DNA from: Octopus sinensis
Taxonomy: Eukaryota
Assembly: GCF_006345805.1 (NCBI RefSeq)
Contig: NC_042999.1
Coordinates: 136,524,001 to 136,588,000 of the forward strand
Direction of reading: 5' to 3'
Length of the DNA: 64,000 bases
Part shown: piece by piece, positions 9,538-22,169 of the stretch
How the letters are laid out: each line of letters begins with the position of its first letter
Position numbering within the stretch: position 1 is the first letter of the stretch
Made by a program: the position numbers and the translations under genes
Notes under the pieces: generated by a model
Told to the model about the DNA's origin: nothing
The model's input: only the letters and a program-made list of their open reading frames with translations
Databases searched by the model: none

Positions 9538-12500
9538 ATGGCAGACCTATTAGCTTCCATAGTACAGTTGCAAAAGCAACAACAATAACTACAACAACAA
9601 CAATTATTGGAGCTATATTCAAAGAAGTCCAAAAATGAGATAAGCTTGTTTTCACTAGACAGTGTTTTGAACTTGATTAGTGAATTCAGTTATAACCCAG
9701 AGGAGGGTATAACTTTCGCATCGTACTACAGAAGGTACAAGGAGATTTTTAAGCAAGATTGCAAATCATGGTCAGACGAACAAAAAGTGAGATTGTTATT
9801 GTGAAAATTATCTCCATTGGAGCATGAACATTACTGTAATTTCATATTGCCCAAAAGACCCAATGAAATTTGTCTTAAAGAAACAATAGAATTACTGTCT
9901 AACATATTTGGTGATAAAACCTCTCTACTTAACACTCGAATGGGATGTTAGGATTTAGCAAAAAAGAGAATGATGATTTTATCATATATTGCAGGAACAG
10001 TTAGCAGGACATATGAAAGTTTTAAACTCAAAGAACTTACACCTGAGATGTTCAAGCGTCTTATTTTCATAAAAGGCCTTATAGCAAGTGAAGATAGAGA
10101 AATTCAGGCAAGAATTCTTTCTAAATTGGAACAAGTGCACCAAGAATTAACCATTCAGTCCATGATAGAAGAATGCCAAAGAAAAAGATTCCTCAAAAAT
10201 ACAGGTATGCTGACTGGAAAAGTACAACCAAAAAAGAACACCACATTCAAATCCATGTTATAGATATGGGGACATACATTTCAGAAAAGACTGTCCATTT
10301 AAAAATCAAAAATGTTACAGTTGCAAAAGAATTGGTCACAAGAGTTCACACTGCAGGACAAAATTATGAAAATCCCAAAGTTTTCTCAGTAGAAGCAAAA
10401 ATCAATTCCCAAATAATAAAATTCACATACATAAAAATAAATGGAATAAGAATTAAACTTCAATGAGATACTGGAAGTGATATTTCAATAATAAATATGG
10501 ACACATGGAAGAAAATAGGGAAACTTATGTTGAGAAAAATAGCGAAATCTGCTTGTAGTATGATGGGTGACAAATTACATTTCATAGGCGAAATGTAGAC
10601 TGATGTCACAATTCAAGGGAAAACATGCAAGGTGAAAGTCTTTGTTATTAAAAATGCAATCAATCTGTTTGGTACTGATAGGTTAGAATTATTCGATTTA
10701 TGGGACTTCCCCATAAATCTCTATCGTAAAAACATAAATGGTTGTTCCTCTAAAAATAATTTGTCTGAAGAGTTTAAAGAGAACATTTTTTTTTTAATGT
10801 TTCTGCAAGTAATCTTGAACAAACTAGGTCTATGCACAAAGACTAAAGTGTGTTTTGAATTAGATGATAACGTTACACCTGTGTTCAAACCTAATAGGAA
10901 AGTGCCTTTTGTGGAAATAAAGCAAGTGGATGATGATTGGACGATGATTGGAAAAAGTGGAATTGTTGAAAAAGTGGATTACACAAAATAGGCAGTTCCA
11001 ACTGTACGTATAAAAAAGAAAAATAACAAAATTAAGTTGTGTGCCAATTTTTCGACTGGTTTAAATCACTGTTTAAAAGTGAACCATTATCCATTACCAA
11101 CCCCAGAACATATTTTTACAAAACTAAATGGAGGAAAAATATTTTCAAAACTCAATCTGTCTGATACATATTTACAAATCAAAGTAGGTAAAAAAAAATG
11201 CTCAAAGCTGTTAATGGTTAACACACACAGAGGTCTATACATATACAATAGACTACCTTTTGGCTTGAAGGTAGCACCTGAATATTTCAACAGGTGGTGG
11301 ATGTGATGTTTGTAGACTGTCAATTTACCTGTCCTTACCTTGATAATGTGTTAATCAAAAGCAAATCGTGGAATGAGCATATCGAACACGTAAAGTGTGT
11401 CTTTAAAAAAATTAAGGATTATGATTTCACATTCAGTGAAGAGAAGTGTGAAATTTTTTTTTTTTTTTTTGCCTAAAATCAAATACCTAGATCAAATCAT
11501 AGATAAGAATGGAAGACATCCTGACTTGTCAAAATCAGATGCAAGCAAGAATATGCCTCCTCCAACAAATATACCAACATTACAAGCTTTCCTTGGCCTA
11601 GTAAATGACTACCAATAGTAAATTCCAAATATACATAAACTGAAAGCACCATTAAACGATTTACAAAAGAAATTAGTAAGATGGAATTGGTTAGTAAAGT
11701 GCCAAAATGCATTTGAAAACATAAAGAAAATATTAATTTCTGACTTGTTACTAGTGCATTTTGATCCTAGAATGGACATTGTTGTAGTATCTGATGCTTT
11801 GGAGTATGGAATAGGAGCAGTCTTGCTACACAAGTATAAAGATGGAAATATGAAGCTAATAGTTCGTGCTTCATATTCGCTGATAGTAGTGAAAAAATGT
11901 ATAGTCAGATAGAGGAGGCTCTATTAATTATTTTTGCAGTAAAAAAATTTCACAAATTTCTACATGGTAAAAGTTTTTGTTACAAACCAACCCTCGACCA
12001 TTACTATCAATCTTTGGATAAAAGAAGGGACTGCCTACTCATACAGTGAACTGACTACAATTCAGGGGTTCAATATTGCTGAACTACAATTTTAAGATGC
12101 AGTATATTCCGTCAAAGAAAATGGATTATGCAGACTGCTTATCGAGGCTAATTCCCAAGAGCGTGGAACCACTAGAAGAGACCATGATAGCATCATTGCA
12201 GTCAGAAAAGGAAGTAAGAAGTATTGTGTGTAATATAATCCAGGAACTGTTGGTGACAGTGCATGATATAAAAATGAAATCCATAGAAGATAGTTACATT
12301 ACAAGAATGAAAGAAACATTGAAAAAGAAGAATAATAAAAATACAAATTCAAATAATTTCTCACTATGCAATGATGTGAGCATGGTGAGTAATACTACCA
12401 AGTGCACTACAGAAATGAGTATTGCAACAATTCCACTGGGGGCACCCAGGAATGACCAGAATGAAAGCTTTAATGAAGAGCTTTGTATATTGGCTGACTA

Positions 12501-13450
12501 TGGACAGGAACACCAAGAAATTGGTGAAAGCATGTAGGGGTTGTGCAACCGAAGCACCACCAGTAAAATACCAATCTGGCCAGAGACTAAGAGCCCAAGG
12601 TTGGATACATATCAACTATGCTGGACCAGTGAATGGTGCATACTATCTAATCATTGTGGATAGCTATACAAAGTGGCCAGAGGTATGCAGATGTCATAAA
12701 CCCACAGCAAAGACAACAATAAAGTTCCTACTTGAGTTATTTGCTCGATATGGTGTTCCAGACATGTTAGTTTCAGATTATGAAATACAATTCACGGGAT
12801 ACGTATTAAGAAATTTTTACAAATTACATGCCATAAAGCACATGCTTACCCCGCCCTACCAGCTGAAGTCAAGTGGGCTAGTGGAAAGATTTATCATCAT
12901 ATTCAAAAGAGCTCTAAGAAAAGCCAAGAACAAGTTAGATAATGATGAGGCACTAACGAAATTCTTGAGAGTATATAGAATAATGCCGAATATAAATATT
13001 AATTCAGGAAAGTCACCAGAAGAGTTAATGTTCACGCATAAAATAAAATCGATCTTTGATGAATTATTACCAAGAATAAATACATATAAAGAAAGACAAA
13101 ATATACATTTGAAGAAAATACAAGAAATATTAATATTACAAAACATTTCAAAGTAGGAAATAAAGTTCATTTTAAAAATTACAAAAATGGTAAAGAAGGT
13201 TGGGAGGATGGCTGTGAAACCAAAAGATTTGGTAACATGATGTATTTAATTAAAGAAAAACGTTCAGAACATGAGACAACTTAACCATTTAAAGATGAGA
13301 CATACAGAAGAATGAAGGGTGATACCAAAGGAAGTCTTCAATGATATGTTTTAAGTGCCAGCATCAAGAGATATTGAATCCCATAGAACAAGCTTCAGAA
13401 AACGAAAACAGACTGAATATCTGGAAGTAATACCTAAATGAAAAAGATAT
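9538..13450 (+). pseudogene. Gypsy gag-pol with many stops and frameshifts
   Basis: Gag EFSYNPEEGITFASYYRRYKEIF; two Zn knuckles PCYRYGDIHFRKDC/CYSCKRIGHKSSHC; protease LQ*DTGSDISII; RT YPLPTPEHIF…YNRLPFG…YLDN; RNase H VSDALEYGIGAVL; integrase HWGHPG…IHINYAGP…IVDSYTKWPEV. Confidence 0.92.
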
Positions 13451-13659
13451 TAAATTTTCAAAAAAGGAACAAAAAAATACACAAATGCTTAGTACAATGA
13501 AAAAGAAAAGTGCTGTGTGCAACAAACAATACTACCTTGAATGTTGGGTAGCAATTAAGATACAACAGCTAAAAAAACGTGGGAGAGGTGCTGGAAAGGT
13601 AAAATAAAAGCAAAAGAAATTCCACTTTCTCACAGTAGCTGAAATCTCAAAAGTGGAGA

Positions 13660-13898
13660 TGTTGTGATGAGAGTTACAATGCCCCCTTTTGAGAGTTAGA
13701 CTGGTCTGAGTAAAGTATAAATAGTAACGATCTGAGTAAGTTCAGAGTTCGGAGTTGAGTGAAGTCAGAAGGTGTTGGTTGGTTAGTTCACAAGGAACAT
13801 TGATTGTTGGTTTGTAAAGAGATTTGTTAGTTCATTACATTGTTTTTACTGTTGTCTGGTTATCTTATTTATTGTACATAACAAAATACATTACAATA
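13660..13898 (+). repeat. 3' LTR (239 bp; lacks 22 bp relative to the 5' LTR)
   Basis: Preceded by the purine tract aaaagtggaga. Confidence 0.93.
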
Positions 13899-13994
13899 GT
13901 AACCTTGGGGGTATGTTCTGGGACCTTGTAATCACATTTACCTCTCTTTGAGGCACCACTCCAGCCACCTCCAACCATCCATGTAAAATGCAAA

Positions 13995-14285
13995 GCAGGT
14001 GTTTTTATTCATATGCATCACTGTACCAGTTCAGTCTTCTCTCTTGCATACTACATCCAATTCCTGTTATACCCAGATTTTCTCTCAACACATTTGTACT
14101 TTGTCATTCATGCACACTGATTTGCATATTAAATGGAGCATGCTAGCTTAATTTCTTTCTAGTCTTCACAAGTCCTCTGCATCCAATGCTCACATCTCAC
14201 TACAATGTAACATTGCTGTTTGCACGCAGGTATCATACAATCTGCTTTTCACTCTGAGAGAGAAACCTTTTACTACCAACAGAGC
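13995..14285 (-). mobile_element. Old RTE LINE ORF fragment
   Basis: Minus strand LLVVKGFSLRVKSRLYDTCVQTAMLHCSE…EDL*RLERN*ASML matches the RTE ORF at 20250 and 28827. Confidence 0.8.
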
Positions 14286-14964
14286 ATGTGTGTGCACATG
14301 TGCATACATATACTGATATGCATTTTATTAAATTTTTTACGTTATAACCCATTTCACTGCTAAAAGGCATTTGTTTAGTGATGTAAATACGTATTTACAG
14401 CATAAATATTTAAATAGCTACACAGTAGGAAAAAAGTGGAAACATTAATCAGAAAAACAAATTTAGCAGTCAAGGTATATTAAGTAGTTTTAAGAGTGCC
14501 ATAGAATATAATGATGTGAGAGAAGGCTTCAATTAAGATGACTTGGTAGATGATGGATTGTAAAGCAAAAGAAGGCCAGTGGAATGTGTAGGGAAATAGA
14601 TGAAGGGAGGAAGGAAGACAGTGAAAATGAATCAATGGGCAATGGCTATTGCCAGCATTTCTTCAAATAAACTGCAATCTTAGTCCAGTTGAAATTGTAA
14701 AATTAATTTGTAATTTAAATTTCACCAATACAATTTACAGCTAAAGGTTAATTTTCATAATTAAATATGTTGGTAAAAAAATAGTTGGACAGTAATGAAG
14801 TCATTTAAAATATTTGAAATATGCAAAGTTTATATTAGCTATTACAAGAAAAGTTAATGTAGCTTTGAAGTTAAAGGAACAGAGTTCTATTAATCTTAAA
14901 AGCTACAAAAGCTATGTTTAAAGGTTTAAGAAAATTAAGGAAACAAAATTCAGTATTACATTAT

Positions 14965-15544
14965 AACAAGAGATTCAGAGAGCAGAAACCTCCACCAAGG
15001 CAACACCAACATCCTCTCAACAATTTGCCAAAGATGATTTTTTAAATGAGAATATCTGAAATAAACTCAACTGTTCTCACAAACGAGAATACTGAAAATG
15101 AACCCAACCACTCTCAAAAATTAAGTTTAAAAAATGGAAAAATAATCCACTATCCTTGTCTGGTACCTGATCGATCCCAGTGGTGGTCATGGAATGTGAA
15201 GGTGGCTGTAGAAAATTTAGCAACAGTAATAAGTATTTTATCCTTATCTAATACAAGCCAAAGTTAACAAATTCATCATTCAAAATAGTTATAGCCTAAA
15301 GGGAGATAATTGAGAAAGACTTGAAAGTTAACGTAAGATTGTAATCATGTAACAAATAATCCAGAATTCTTGTCCGATATCAGATCTATCCCAAAACCTA
15401 ATCAGTTTGTGCCAGTCATGAGGCCAAACATACCTGAAAGTTTCAGCCAAATCCATCCAGGAGTTCTTGAGATATCTTGTCCACAGATAAACAAACAAAC
15501 ACGACTGAAAACAATACATCTGCCTTCGCTAAGACAGAGGTAAT
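14965..15544 (-). mobile_element. Non-autonomous Helentron/DINE-1-like element
   Basis: Minus strand begins ttattacctctgtcttagcgaaggcagatgt (subterminal hairpin), has a (TTTG)n tract, and ends ccttggtggaggt…tcttgtt. An internal ~40-bp direct repeat lies at 15140 and 15354. Confidence 0.55.
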
Positions 15545-15949
15545 AATGATAAAATTTTGTAATTTCATACTGATGGCATAATTTACATCTTATAATTATC
15601 AATAACCTTCTGATGTCCCTAGACAGAGTTTTTTTTTTGTTTTTTTTTAGGCTGTGAGGCCTTGAAACTGTAATGTACCTTAGTAGAGACATCTACTAAT
15701 GCACAGCCTTTTGGTCAGAGACAGCCATTAGAACAATTATAAGCACAAGATTTTTTAACATAATAAATAACCTAATTTTTATCTTATCGGCATCTCAGTA
15801 GAAGTAATAAGATTAAATCTAAACAATAAGAGATTAATAACAGAAGAATGCCCATTACTATTCCCCATGTAAGGCTAGTATGTTATGTTGATATTTAAAA
15901 AGAATGTATTTTGAATGCTCCTAGAGATAAAAATGGTTAAATCTCTGTG

Positions 15950-16070
15950 ATCTTTATCTTTTATTTGATTCAGTCATTGGACTGTAGCCAAGCTGTAGCA
16001 CCAGGTGAAGAGTTTAATTGAACAAATTGACCCCAGCACTTTTTTTATGGCTGGTGTTTTTTCTATTGGT
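15950..16070 (-). mobile_element. SINE family A tail fragment
   Basis: ttcagtcattggactgtagccaagctg…gaacaaattgaccccag. Confidence 0.65.
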
Positions 16071-16416
16071 CTGTGTCCAATGCCACCTTTCCATTGCTAC
16101 AGGTCTTGTGACACAAAAAGGCAAAAGGACATGACAAAATTACAAAAGTACATAAGGGAGCAATAAAACATAACAATGAAGACAACATGGACAGTTAACA
16201 ATGATGTTAGGAGGACAAATACAGAATTTAAGTCTTGCAATGCATTGCAAAGATTCTCCATACTAGTGTTAAGTGTTCTGAAGACAAGCTGAAGCAAGTT
16301 GTCTGACTCAGTAATTCTTGTGGATGTTACATTAGAGTATCCATGGAGGATACTATGATGTAACACCCCCTAGAATGACTCACAAGACAACAGAGGTTTA
16401 AGAAAATATAATAGAC

Positions 16417-16770
16417 ATCATCATTGTTTAACATCCGCTTTCCATGCTAGCATGGGTTGGACGATTTTGACTGAGGGCTGGCAAACCAGATGGCTGCACC
16501 AGGCTCCAGTCTTGATTTGGCAGAGCTTCTATAGCTGGATGCCCTTCCTAAATTCCAACCACTCCAAGGGTGTAGTGGGTGCTTTTTACGTGCCACTAGC
16601 ATGGGGGCCAGTCAGGCGGTACTGGCAACGACCTCGTTCAAATCCTTTTATACATGCCACCAGCACAGGTGCCAGAAGGCGACTTTGGTAATGATCACGC
16701 TCAAATGGTGCCCTTTTAAGTGCCCACTGGCACAGAAGCCAGTTGGCTGCTCTGGCAACGATCATGTTTT
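16417..16770 (-). mobile_element. RTE 3' UTR/tail
   Basis: (cat)n tail plus three hairpin modules. Confidence 0.85.
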
Positions 16771-16870
16771 AAGAAAATATAATATATGAATATAATATAT
16801 AAGATATATAAAAAAAAATGAACATAAAAAATATAAAAAATTATAAAAATATAACATTTGAAAATATAAA

Positions 16871-19830
16871 AAACATTTGGAGTGGCATCTAAGTGATTTT
16901 GTAATTGTTAGGCAGAAGATGTACTTAAAGAGCATTTCTTAAAATGAGTAGATTGTTGGTTAGATAATATGATAATACACTTGTTAGAGCGAAAATTAGA
17001 ATGATAATACATCCTTGGCTCAGACAGTTTAACAATAAAACCCTACCAAAATGTATCAATGAAGGCAAGCTTAAAGATCCTAATGTGTTGGAAGTTTACA
17101 AGGAACATTTTTCATCCATTTTCATGGAGAGATTCCCTGGAATTCAAAAAGCTGATAATAATTAGAATTGGCTTGATGAAAATAGTGTAGAGATAATTTA
17201 GCAACTTGAGCATAAGTCTGTACTCAGAAAAATCCCTTAAATAGATACAAAAAGATACAAGATGAGCTAAAACAAGTCAAAGCAAAGTACAGAGAGCAAT
17301 AAGAGTTATGAAAGAAAATCAGCGGGCAACTTTGTCAAAAGATTTTCAATCAGCTGCTGAGTACTAAAGAGTTTTATGTTCTCATGAAAAAAACATTTGG
17401 TCCTAAAGCTGCAAAAATTACAATTTAATGTTCAAGCAATGAGGAAATACTCTTTATATCAATGGAAGCTATTGTAAAATGATGGAAGAAGCAGTTTTCA
17501 AACTTTTTTTACCCAAAATTCTAATGTCGATAATGATACTATGCCAATCGTTTATGAATTAAGTAATATTTTTTCAACTGCAAATGTTCAAGTCCCAATT
17601 TAATAAATTTAATCTTGGAAAAGCACCAGGAATAGTTGGAATCACACTAGATATTTTCTAGTTTGGAGGTAATCATATGGCAAAATTAATGCATTAAATA
17701 TTTTTTATGTATGGGAGTTAGGAGCAGTATCTAAAGTTTGGTGGGATGGTATTATGATTTCATTTATGATGGGAAAAGAGCAAGATAAGTGTTGATATTC
17801 GAGAGGAATCACACTTTTATCCTCTGCTGACAAAATACTCACTTCAGTTCTCTTAGCACAATTAAATGATAATATTTTAGCGAATGTTCTCTCAGAATCT
17901 CAAAGTGGTTTTAAATCAAACAGAGGAGCCATAGATATGATCTCTGCATGTCAGTTGTAATAAAAGTGTCAAGAACAAATCTAGATTTAGTCCAGGACTT
18001 TGCCGATTTCACAAAGGCCTTTGACACAGTGAATAGGCATGCATTATGGAAGATTTTTGTGTAAGCTTGGCTGCCTAATGCATTTCATAAATATGATGAC
18101 CATGCCAGCATGGACAACGGATGTTAAATGATGATGCTGATGATGATGATGGATGCATTTGTTAACAGTGGAGTTCTTTCAGAATCCTTTAAAGTGTAAA
18201 ACAAATTGAAGCAAGGAGATATTTTGGGGCTGACTTTATTTTTCCCTATACTTTTTGGTTGTGCTTTCAAAGATTATAGGGAAGATGTATATATATATTC
18301 AGTGCAGAAGCACTGTTAAATTATTTAATTTGGAAAAGCTTTCAGCAAAAACAAAGATATTTGTCTTTCTAATAAGTGATTTATTGTATGCAGATGACTG
18401 TGACTTGGTAATCCATTCAATCAATGATAGGCAGCACCAAGTACTTAAACTTGATGAATCCTGTACGGCCTTTGGGCTTACAATAAGTTTATGTAAAGCT
18501 CTTGTTATGCATATTTCAACCAGCTATGAACCTGATATTTTTCTTCAAAACACAAAATTGAATGTTGTAGACAAATTTATATACCTTGGAAGCTTGCTGA
18601 ATCATGTTTGTTCATTAGATGATAACTCTTTGTGCTCTATACTGAAAACCAAATGAAAGCACAAGGTACCAAATACTGAAATACTTGAGCATGCTGGTGA
18701 GAATAGTACTGAAACTGAAATTCATTGACACAGACTTTGCTGTAATGGCCATCTGTTAAGGGAATCTGATCAATGCAAGCCCAATCAACAGTAATATGGT
18801 CAGATAAAAGAGACCTCAATGCAAATCCAAAATGCATTTTAAAGATTCAATTAGAAGCTCACTAAAGAACTTTGAAAAGGTGCATGTAAATTGGGATAGT
18901 GATGCAATGGATTGGCCAAAATGGAGGAGTAAAATCCTGGAAGGTGCTACCGTTGATGTAGCTAATAGGGGAGCAAAGGAAGTAATCACTCCCCTTACTG
19001 CTGAGCACGATTGTCAAAATTGGAGCCTTTTCAAGAATTTTTTTAAAACTCTTCAGTTCACTTGTACAATAAAAGTCGAATCTTTTTTTGTTAATTGCAT
19101 GGCTTTGGGAGAACTTTCTGGGGTCATTACTTTATTTGACCAATCACCAGTGTTTTTGAACTGTCTGCTCAATCTCCTGTGATGTATTGCTGGCTTCTGA
19201 CATCTGAAGAACCAAATCAAACTCTGACATCATAAAATCTTGACACTGGATGATCTTATGGAGTTTCATCTTTTTTACATCACACTTATATCAATAGCTG
19301 TAAGTTTCATACATAATGACATTGTTACTGAAACATGAAATTAATAAATGTTGAATACAATTATGTATATTATAACTAGTGAAATATTCCGTTTAATATT
19401 AGAGAAATGAGTAAAAAATTGTCTGGTATGTATCACAGCTCCTTTTATGTGCTCACGCCCACTAACTGGCTACACTTCTGGGAGCTACAAGTGGAAACAT
19501 GCAGTGATAAAAAGAGAGGCATGAAAAGGTTTGCTTGTGGCTAATGATTCTTCTCTCTTTACTTGTGTGATACCTGCAAGTGTATTTTGTCTCTTCCAAA
19601 CTGGACTAGTAAATCATAAGAGGAAGCAATTATTTAGGCCTCCTCCTGGCTATTCACTGTTACAGTTTGTTGAACTATCTTGCAGTTTGTAATATCTGTA
19701 GAAGTAAATCTGGGTTGACCAGTCACATGAAATGTCACAATATCAATTTTCAGCAGCAGTTAGAAAACTAAATTGTTTTCATGTTGTCTGTGTGGAAAAT
19801 TTTGTAAATCTCTTGCTGAATTAGAGTCAT
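16871..19830 (+). mobile_element. Decayed RTE/BovB-like LINE (second RTE family) with C-terminal C2H2 fingers, interrupted by two insertions
   Basis: WHLSDFVIVRQ, GKAPG, RGITLLSSADKIL, LSESQSGF, DFTKAFDTVNR, KQGDILG, LLYADD, VVDKFIYLGSLL, DWPKWRSKILEGA…HAVIKREA*KG, then three CxxC…H motifs. An RTE tail is inserted at 18100-18150 and a hAT element at 18951-19480. Confidence 0.85.
18951..19480. mobile_element. Non-autonomous hAT-type element
   Basis: 8-bp TSD ggtgctac (18943-18950) / ggagctac (19481-19488). Degenerate TIRs cgttgatgtagcta / tggctacacttctg. The RTE protein sequence resumes after it. Confidence 0.65.
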
Positions 19831-20249
19831 TTCCGGTCAAACAATATATAAACTATCTTTAACCATCTTGTAGTAATTTTCAAAACTGTAATATTTTACT
19901 CTATAAAATTTTCTTATCAATGGTTCTGAATCAAATTTGTATATAACTGTTGTTTATTTATTCATTTCTATAGCTAAATCACTTTTGATTTATCTCTTAT
20001 AATTACTCATCTTTATTTAAACATATTATTCTGTTTGTATCTAACAATAATTAAACTGTAACTACCATTGAAGTTACTAAATTATGCTACATTAATGTCT
20101 TTATGAATATCATTTGTGTGGTTATTGTTGTTAGTTTTAACTAGTTTGGTGTGTATATATATGTACTCTGTCAGTGTTGGTGTTGGGAAAAGTCATACTT
20201 GATTAACATACCAACGGCCGTCATGTATATATATATATATATATATATA

Positions 20250-20933
20250 TACCTGGGTGACCAAGTTAGTAGCGGAGGTGGATGCACAGAGAGTATCACC
20301 ACTAGAATACGAATAGCCTGGGCAAAGTTCAGAAAGCTCCTACCCCTACTGGCAACAAAAGGTCTCTCCCTCAGAGCAAAAGGTAGATTGTATGATGCAT
20401 GTGTGCGAACTGCCATGCTTCACGGTAATGAAACATGGGCTGTGACTGCAGAAGACATGCGTAGACTTGAAAGAAATGAAGCTAGCATGATCCGCTGGAT
20501 GTGTAGTGTCAGTGTGCACGCAAAACAGAGTGTAAGTATCCTGAGAGAAATGCTGGATATAAGAAGCATCAGATGTGGTGTGCAAGAGCGACGCTTGCGA
20601 TGGTATGGTCATGTGCTGCGGATGGATGAAGAGAGATGTGTGAAGAAGTGCCACTCCCAAACAGTTGAAGGTATCAGGGGGGGAGGTAGACCCAGGAAGA
20701 CATGGGATGAGGTGGTCAAGCATGACCTCAGAGCATTGGGCCTCACTGAGGCAATGGCGAAGGACCGAGATCTCTGGAGATATGCTGTGACTACAAAGAC
20801 CCGGGCTGCTTTCTGCAGCAATTCCACATACCCCCTACCCATTCTAAGTACCCCGGATCCCCAAAGTACCCTGGATCCCCAAAGTACCCCGATCCCCAAA
20901 GTACCCCGGACCTCGTTGCCCCCGTGCCGCTGA
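20250..20933 (+). CDS. RTE reverse-transcriptase C-terminal fragment (open but 5'-truncated, not a host gene)
   Basis: ORF 20151-20933; the N-terminal part of that ORF is flank and microsatellite. Confidence 0.6.
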   Translation, partial: YLGDQVSSGGGCTESITTRIRIAWAKFRKLLPLLATKGLSLRAKGRLYDACVRTAMLHGNETWAVTAEDMRRLERNEASMIRWMCSVSVHAKQSVSILREMLDIRSIRCGVQERRLRWYGHVLRMDEERCVKKCHSQTVEGIRGGGRPRKTWDEVVKHDLRALGLTEAMAKDRDLWRYAVTTKTRAAFCSNSTYPLPILSTPDPQSTLDPQSTPIPKVPRTSLPPCR

Positions 20934-21180
20934 CACGTTAAAATGCTCGAACCGATTGTGACGATGCCGGACCCTCTGGCCCCTGTGCAGGTGGCACGTA
21001 AAAAGCACCCAATCCACTCACGGAGTGGTTGGCATTAGGAAGGGCATCCAGCCGTAGAAACTCTGCCAGATTCAGACTGGAGCCTGGAGCGGCCCCTGGC
21101 TTCCCAGACCCGGTCGAACCGTCCAACCCGTGCTAGCGCGGAAAGCGGACGTTAAACGATGATGATGATGATGATGATGA
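20250..21180 (+). mobile_element. 5'-truncated RTE LINE with (GAT)n tail, flanked by (TA)n
   Basis: Open frame YLGDQVSSGGG…RIAWAKF…LHGNETW…RRLRWYGHVLRM…GRPRKTW, then 3' UTR and tail. Confidence 0.92.
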
Positions 21181-21591
21181 TATATATATACACACACACA
21201 CACATATTATTCTTACACAAGAATGTTATTGATAGTGACTTTGAAGTTTCAGCCAGTTAAGGCATCATCAGCACTCCAAAACTTGAAATAACTGTCAACA
21301 ACATTCTTGTATGAGAATAAGAAATTTGCCCATTACAAAAGCATAAAGCAGTGGTTCCCAAAGGGAAGAAAGGTAGGGTGATAATGGTTTGATCAAAAGA
21401 AGGTGATGGATGTAAAAGCAACATAATAATGGGTTAATTAGGTTAAGTTTTATCTGTGAAATACAGCTGTTTTGAATTTGATGCAGAAAGTGGTCTGTGT
21501 TTGTGGTCTCTCTCTCTCTCTCTACATATATATATATATACAGTAGATTTATATATATGTATATAGGTATATATGTGTGTGCGTGTGTGTG

Positions 21592-21624
<33 letters not shown>

Positions 21625-21626
21625 AT

Positions 21627-21870
21627 AGGCGTGTGGTTTAGTGGTTAGGATATCAGCATTATGATCGTAAGATTGTGGTTTCGATTCCTGGACCAGGCAA
21701 TGCGTTGTTCTTGAGCAAAACACTTCATTTCACGTTGCTCCAGTCCACTCAGCTGGCAAAAATGAGTAATGCTGCAATGGACTTGCGTCCAATCCAGCTA
21801 GGGAACACATACACCATAGAAACTGGGAAACCGGGCCCATGAGCCTGGCAAGGCTTTAAAAGGGTGCATT
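21627..21870 (+). mobile_element. tRNA-derived SINE, family C
   Basis: A box tggtttagtgg, B box ggtttcgattcc, CORE-like ttcttgagcaaaacactt. A second copy lies on the minus strand at 60830-60945. Confidence 0.8.
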
Positions 21871-22169
21871 TATTTTTATTATATATATATATGGGAGTGG
21901 GTCCAACAAGTTTATACAGGATCTCCTAACGACAATGTAAACTTCATATATATGTGTGTTTGTGTGTGTATGTGTCTACACATACATATACACACACACT
22001 ATTTAGAATTCCTTCACTTTTTTTCATATATAATCATAGAATTCACTCATATCTTTTTGTTGAATATGTGTATCAAAGTGTTCTTTATGAGTTTTCTCTT
22101 GAATTGATGTCTAAATATTTTGTTGAGTACTACAGCTCTTAGACTTTTTAAATATTGATGAATTTGTTG

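Larger units (their letters stand above)
9206..13898 (+). mobile_element. Full-length decayed Ty3/Gypsy LTR retrotransposon (Mag-clade-like)
   Basis: LTRs at 9206-9466 and 13660-13898 (TGTTG…CAACA/CAATA). 5-bp TSD GTAAC at 9201-9205 and 13899-13903. PBS at 9470 and PPT at 13649. Internal order is gag-PR-RT-RH-IN. Confidence 0.95.

Noticed and set aside
21627-21700. tRNA gene
   Set aside because: A/B boxes are present, but the sequence continues into a SINE body with a second copy elsewhere; no intact cloverleaf or terminator.
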